The notes beneath the pieces are model-generated. The model was not told the DNA's origin. It searched no databases and saw only the letters and a program-made list of their open reading frames with translations. The position numbers were made by a program, and so were the translations under genes. From NCBI GenBank assembly GCA_012517235.1, contig JAAYVI010000037.1, forward strand, positions 15,411-79,410: a stretch of DNA of 64,000 bases, given 5' to 3'. This DNA is from Elusimicrobiota bacterium (lineage in GTDB: Bacteria; Elusimicrobiota; Elusimicrobia; Elusimicrobiales; UBA9959). The number at the start of each line of letters is the position of its first letter. Positions within the stretch are counted from its first letter, which is position 1. Below are positions 61,850 to 64,000 of the stretch, piece by piece.

Positions 61850-63110
61850 TTTCCGTTAATTCCGGATTTGAATAAAATTTAGAATCGGATCCCGCCAAAT
61901 AATTTTTCTTTTTAAATAAATACATCTTGCGGATAAACCAAATATTGGCAAAAAGCGCCCATAAAGAAGCGGCAAAAAGGGAATAATTTATTCCGTATTT
62001 TTCCCCTATCCAACCCCAAAACATATTTCCGAAAGGCGCCAAAGCGGTAAAACTTAAAGCGTAAACGCTTACTACTCTGCCGCGCATATCTTCTCTGACC
62101 AAACTTTGTATTAAAGTATTTATGCCTACCGCCTGTCTGGCCGTACCCATTCCGGCGGTAAAAAGAAATAAAGCGGATATCCAAATATGATTTGAAAAAG
62201 ATAAAGCCGCCAAAGAAAAAGCATAAAGCAGAGAATATGAATAAATTTGCTTGGACATATTTTTATTTTCTTTTTTCCCGGCCATTCTTAGTCCCGATAT
62301 TATCGCTCCCAATCCTATAAGAGACATAAAAATTCCCATGGTTCCCGCATCTCCGTTAAGACGAGAAACATAAACGGGCAAAAGAGTTATTACCGGCATT
62401 ATCACAAAACTCATAAAAGAAAGAAAAATCAAAGGGTAACTTATATATTGAGAATTCTTCATATAAGTTATTCCCGACTTTAAATCTTCCAATAAAGAAG
62501 AAGATGTCTTATTTTTTTTAACGGTATAGGGTTTTATTTTATAAAGCGCGGCCATAATAAAAAAATAAGAAACAAAATTAAGCCAAAAACAAGTTTTTTC
62601 CCCCCAATATTTTATTATAAAACCGCCTAAAGCCGGTCCTATCATTCTCGAAGAATTAAACATAATAGAATTTAAAGCTATGGCGTTAGGTAAAAGGTCC
62701 TTACCGACTATTTCCACCGTAAAACTTTGTCTCAAAGGCATATCGAAAGCTCCGGCGGTTCCGTTTATAAAACCTATCAATAAAACGGCGGAATAAGTCG
62801 CCTTGCCGGAAGATGTCAAATAAGCCAAAAAAAACGCGGAAAGCATAGCCGCGCCTTGCGTCCAAAAAAGAGCTTTTTTCTTTTCAACTCTGTCAGAAAG
62901 AGCTCCCGCAAGATAGCCGAAAATTAACGAAGGAATCATATTGAGAAAACCGTAAGCTCCGAGTTTGGCCGAAGATCCGGTCAAAGAATAAACCAGCCAT
63001 CCCATGGCTACGGTTTGCATCCAGGTCCCTATGAGAGAAATCCCTTGCCCGGTAAAATAGTATCTGTAATTTTTATGAGAGAAAGAAGAAAAAACATCGG
63101 CGTATCCCAT
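61842..63110 (-). CDS. MFS transporter (EntS/DUF894-like)
   Basis: 422 aa, 12 TM. Loop motif GALSDRVEKKK between TM2 and TM3. Confidence 0.8.
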   Translation of the reverse strand: MGYADVFSSFSHKNYRYYFTGQGISLIGTWMQTVAMGWLVYSLTGSSAKLGAYGFLNMIPSLIFGYLAGALSDRVEKKKALFWTQGAAMLSAFFLAYLTSSGKATYSAVLLIGFINGTAGAFDMPLRQSFTVEIVGKDLLPNAIALNSIMFNSSRMIGPALGGFIIKYWGEKTCFWLNFVSYFFIMAALYKIKPYTVKKNKTSSSLLEDLKSGITYMKNSQYISYPLIFLSFMSFVIMPVITLLPVYVSRLNGDAGTMGIFMSLIGLGAIISGLRMAGKKENKNMSKQIYSYSLLYAFSLAALSFSNHIWISALFLFTAGMGTARQAVGINTLIQSLVREDMRGRVVSVYALSFTALAPFGNMFWGWIGEKYGINYSLFAASLWALFANIWFIRKMYLFKKKNYLAGSDSKFYSNPELTEII

Positions 63111-63262
63111 GATATTATTCTACAAAAATTGTAAAATATATATATAAGGTGACATAATATGAATCAAATAATTTATATGCGCCACTCCGGCAAATCCGCA
63201 AAAAAATTCGTAAAAGACATACTTGGAATTAAAAAAACGTGGAAAACGGTTTTTTTTGAAAT

Positions 63263-63739
63263 TTATCTCAACTGAGCGGTAAGAATTTTTTTAGCCGATT
63301 GCTCGTCGGAAAGATTCAGTTTATACCAAACCACTTTTCCTATTCCGCACTTTTCTCCGGGTTTGCATACTTTTTTGAAACCGAATTTCATATGACAGCA
63401 AATAGATACCAAATTTTTATCGGCCGCTCTGTACCAAACGGTTTTTGCTCCTTTTTCCAAAGCATAAGATAGTCTTAAACGCGTAAGCTCTTTTCCTATG
63501 CCTTTTTCTCTAAATTCCGGCCTTACTCTTAATCCTTCCAAAAGATATTTTCCGTTTTCTTTTACCAAAGCGGCATGCCCGACCAAGAGTTTTCCGCAAT
63601 AAGCGGCGAAATAAGCTGCGTCGGGATTTCTTATCATTCTCGGAGAGAGACAGTCTTTATAAAATTCTCGAAACTCTTTTTCCCATTTAAGAGTCATTCT
63701 TTTTATTTTAACGAATTTTATGGGGACACTCGAAGTCAT
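63263..63739 (-). CDS. GNAT-family N-acetyltransferase
   Basis: LRVRPEFREKGIGKELTRL contains the R-x-x-G-x-G acetyl-CoA motif. 158 aa. Confidence 0.8.
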   Translation of the reverse strand: MTSSVPIKFVKIKRMTLKWEKEFREFYKDCLSPRMIRNPDAAYFAAYCGKLLVGHAALVKENGKYLLEGLRVRPEFREKGIGKELTRLRLSYALEKGAKTVWYRAADKNLVSICCHMKFGFKKVCKPGEKCGIGKVVWYKLNLSDEQSAKKILTAQLR

Positions 63740-63858
63740 AATAATATTTTATAAGAAAAACTATTAGAAGTCATCGGGCTTAAGAAGGATAAAAGAGTAG
63801 GTCTTTGGTTTCATTTCCATAGTTATGCAAGAAAATTATTTTAGGATATAATATATTT

Positions 63859-64000
63859 ATGAGATTTTATATTTTTCTATTTTTTCTCTTATTGTATTCC
63901 GTTATTTTTTCTCTGGATTCCAAAACCGAAAAAAGGCTGGAAAAAATAGAGAAAAGAATAGAGGAATTGGAGAAAAAAATAGATTCGCTATCGGTCCAAA
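63859..64000 (+). CDS. Hypothetical secreted coiled-coil protein, 5' fragment (runs off the right edge)
   Basis: My translation from ATG 63859: MRFYIFLFFLLLYSVIFSLDSKTEKRLEKIEKRIEELEKKIDSLSVQ. Confidence 0.4.
   Translation, partial: MRFYIFLFFLLLYSVIFSLDSKTEKRLEKIEKRIEELEKKIDSLSVQ

Noticed and set aside
63159-63275. 38-aa basic ORF (MNQIIYMRHSGKSAKKFVKDILGIKKTWKTVFFEIYLN) with an AAGG upstream, in the MFS/GNAT intergenic region.
   Set aside because: It lies on the opposite strand to both neighbours, within the likely MFS promoter, and overlaps the GNAT stop. It has no recognisable motif. It cannot be supported without expression or conservation data.
1-64000. Scan for CRISPR arrays, rRNA, insertion sequences, long tandem repeats and toxin-antitoxin or defence-system gene pairs.
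   Set aside because: None found. Intergenic regions are short (mostly under 150 nt), and all are accounted for by promoters, terminators, two tRNAs or the leaders described above.

Overview
This 64-kb window comes from an AT-rich bacterium that looks anaerobic and diderm. Single 60-nt lines I counted by hand ranged from about 28% to 48% G+C. It is densely coding, with roughly 80 genes and two tRNAs. I saw no rRNA, CRISPR array, transposase or integrase.

Contents from left to right:
1. Part of a lysine-fermentation cluster on the minus strand (atoD-atoA-kce-kdd-kamA, with kamA truncated at the left edge).
2. An Mrp/ApbC ATPase and a three-gene GlpA-like flavoprotein operon on the plus strand.
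3. A 27-kb uninterrupted minus-strand block (7.2-34.7 kb). It holds a two-gene membrane pair of unknown function, and a nikR-linked TonB-dependent/ABC uptake locus with two embedded methyltransferases and an FmdE-like protein. Next come a ZnuAB-type importer without an ATPase beside a His-rich outer-membrane protein, then pdaD. A G+C-richer, Fur-headed cluster of metallocluster-handling proteins follows: an IscU-like scaffold, two ferredoxin-insert MinD ATPases, DUF364, two NifX-like proteins, DUF5320, a Zn-ribbon protein and DUF302. The block ends with tRNA-Pro and an inositol-phospholipid synthesis trio translationally coupled to an RND/TolC/MlaC-like exporter.
4. DUF2157/GDYXXLXY genes, a eukaryote-type trypsin, a CsoR-CopZ-YHS/Cys-rich copper module, metB, an amylase, metK with a structured terminator-containing leader, and tRNA-Asn.
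5. A complete but permuted Pel exopolysaccharide locus (pelC-D-E-F-G-A-B, with pelB split in two), followed directly by mntP and a radical-SAM gene.

The best candidates for undescribed biology are the Fur-headed metallocluster cluster (21.8-26.9 kb) and the inositol-lipid synthesis/export operon (28.0-34.7 kb). All family assignments come from motifs read by eye and from memory of the families. None has been checked by a search.
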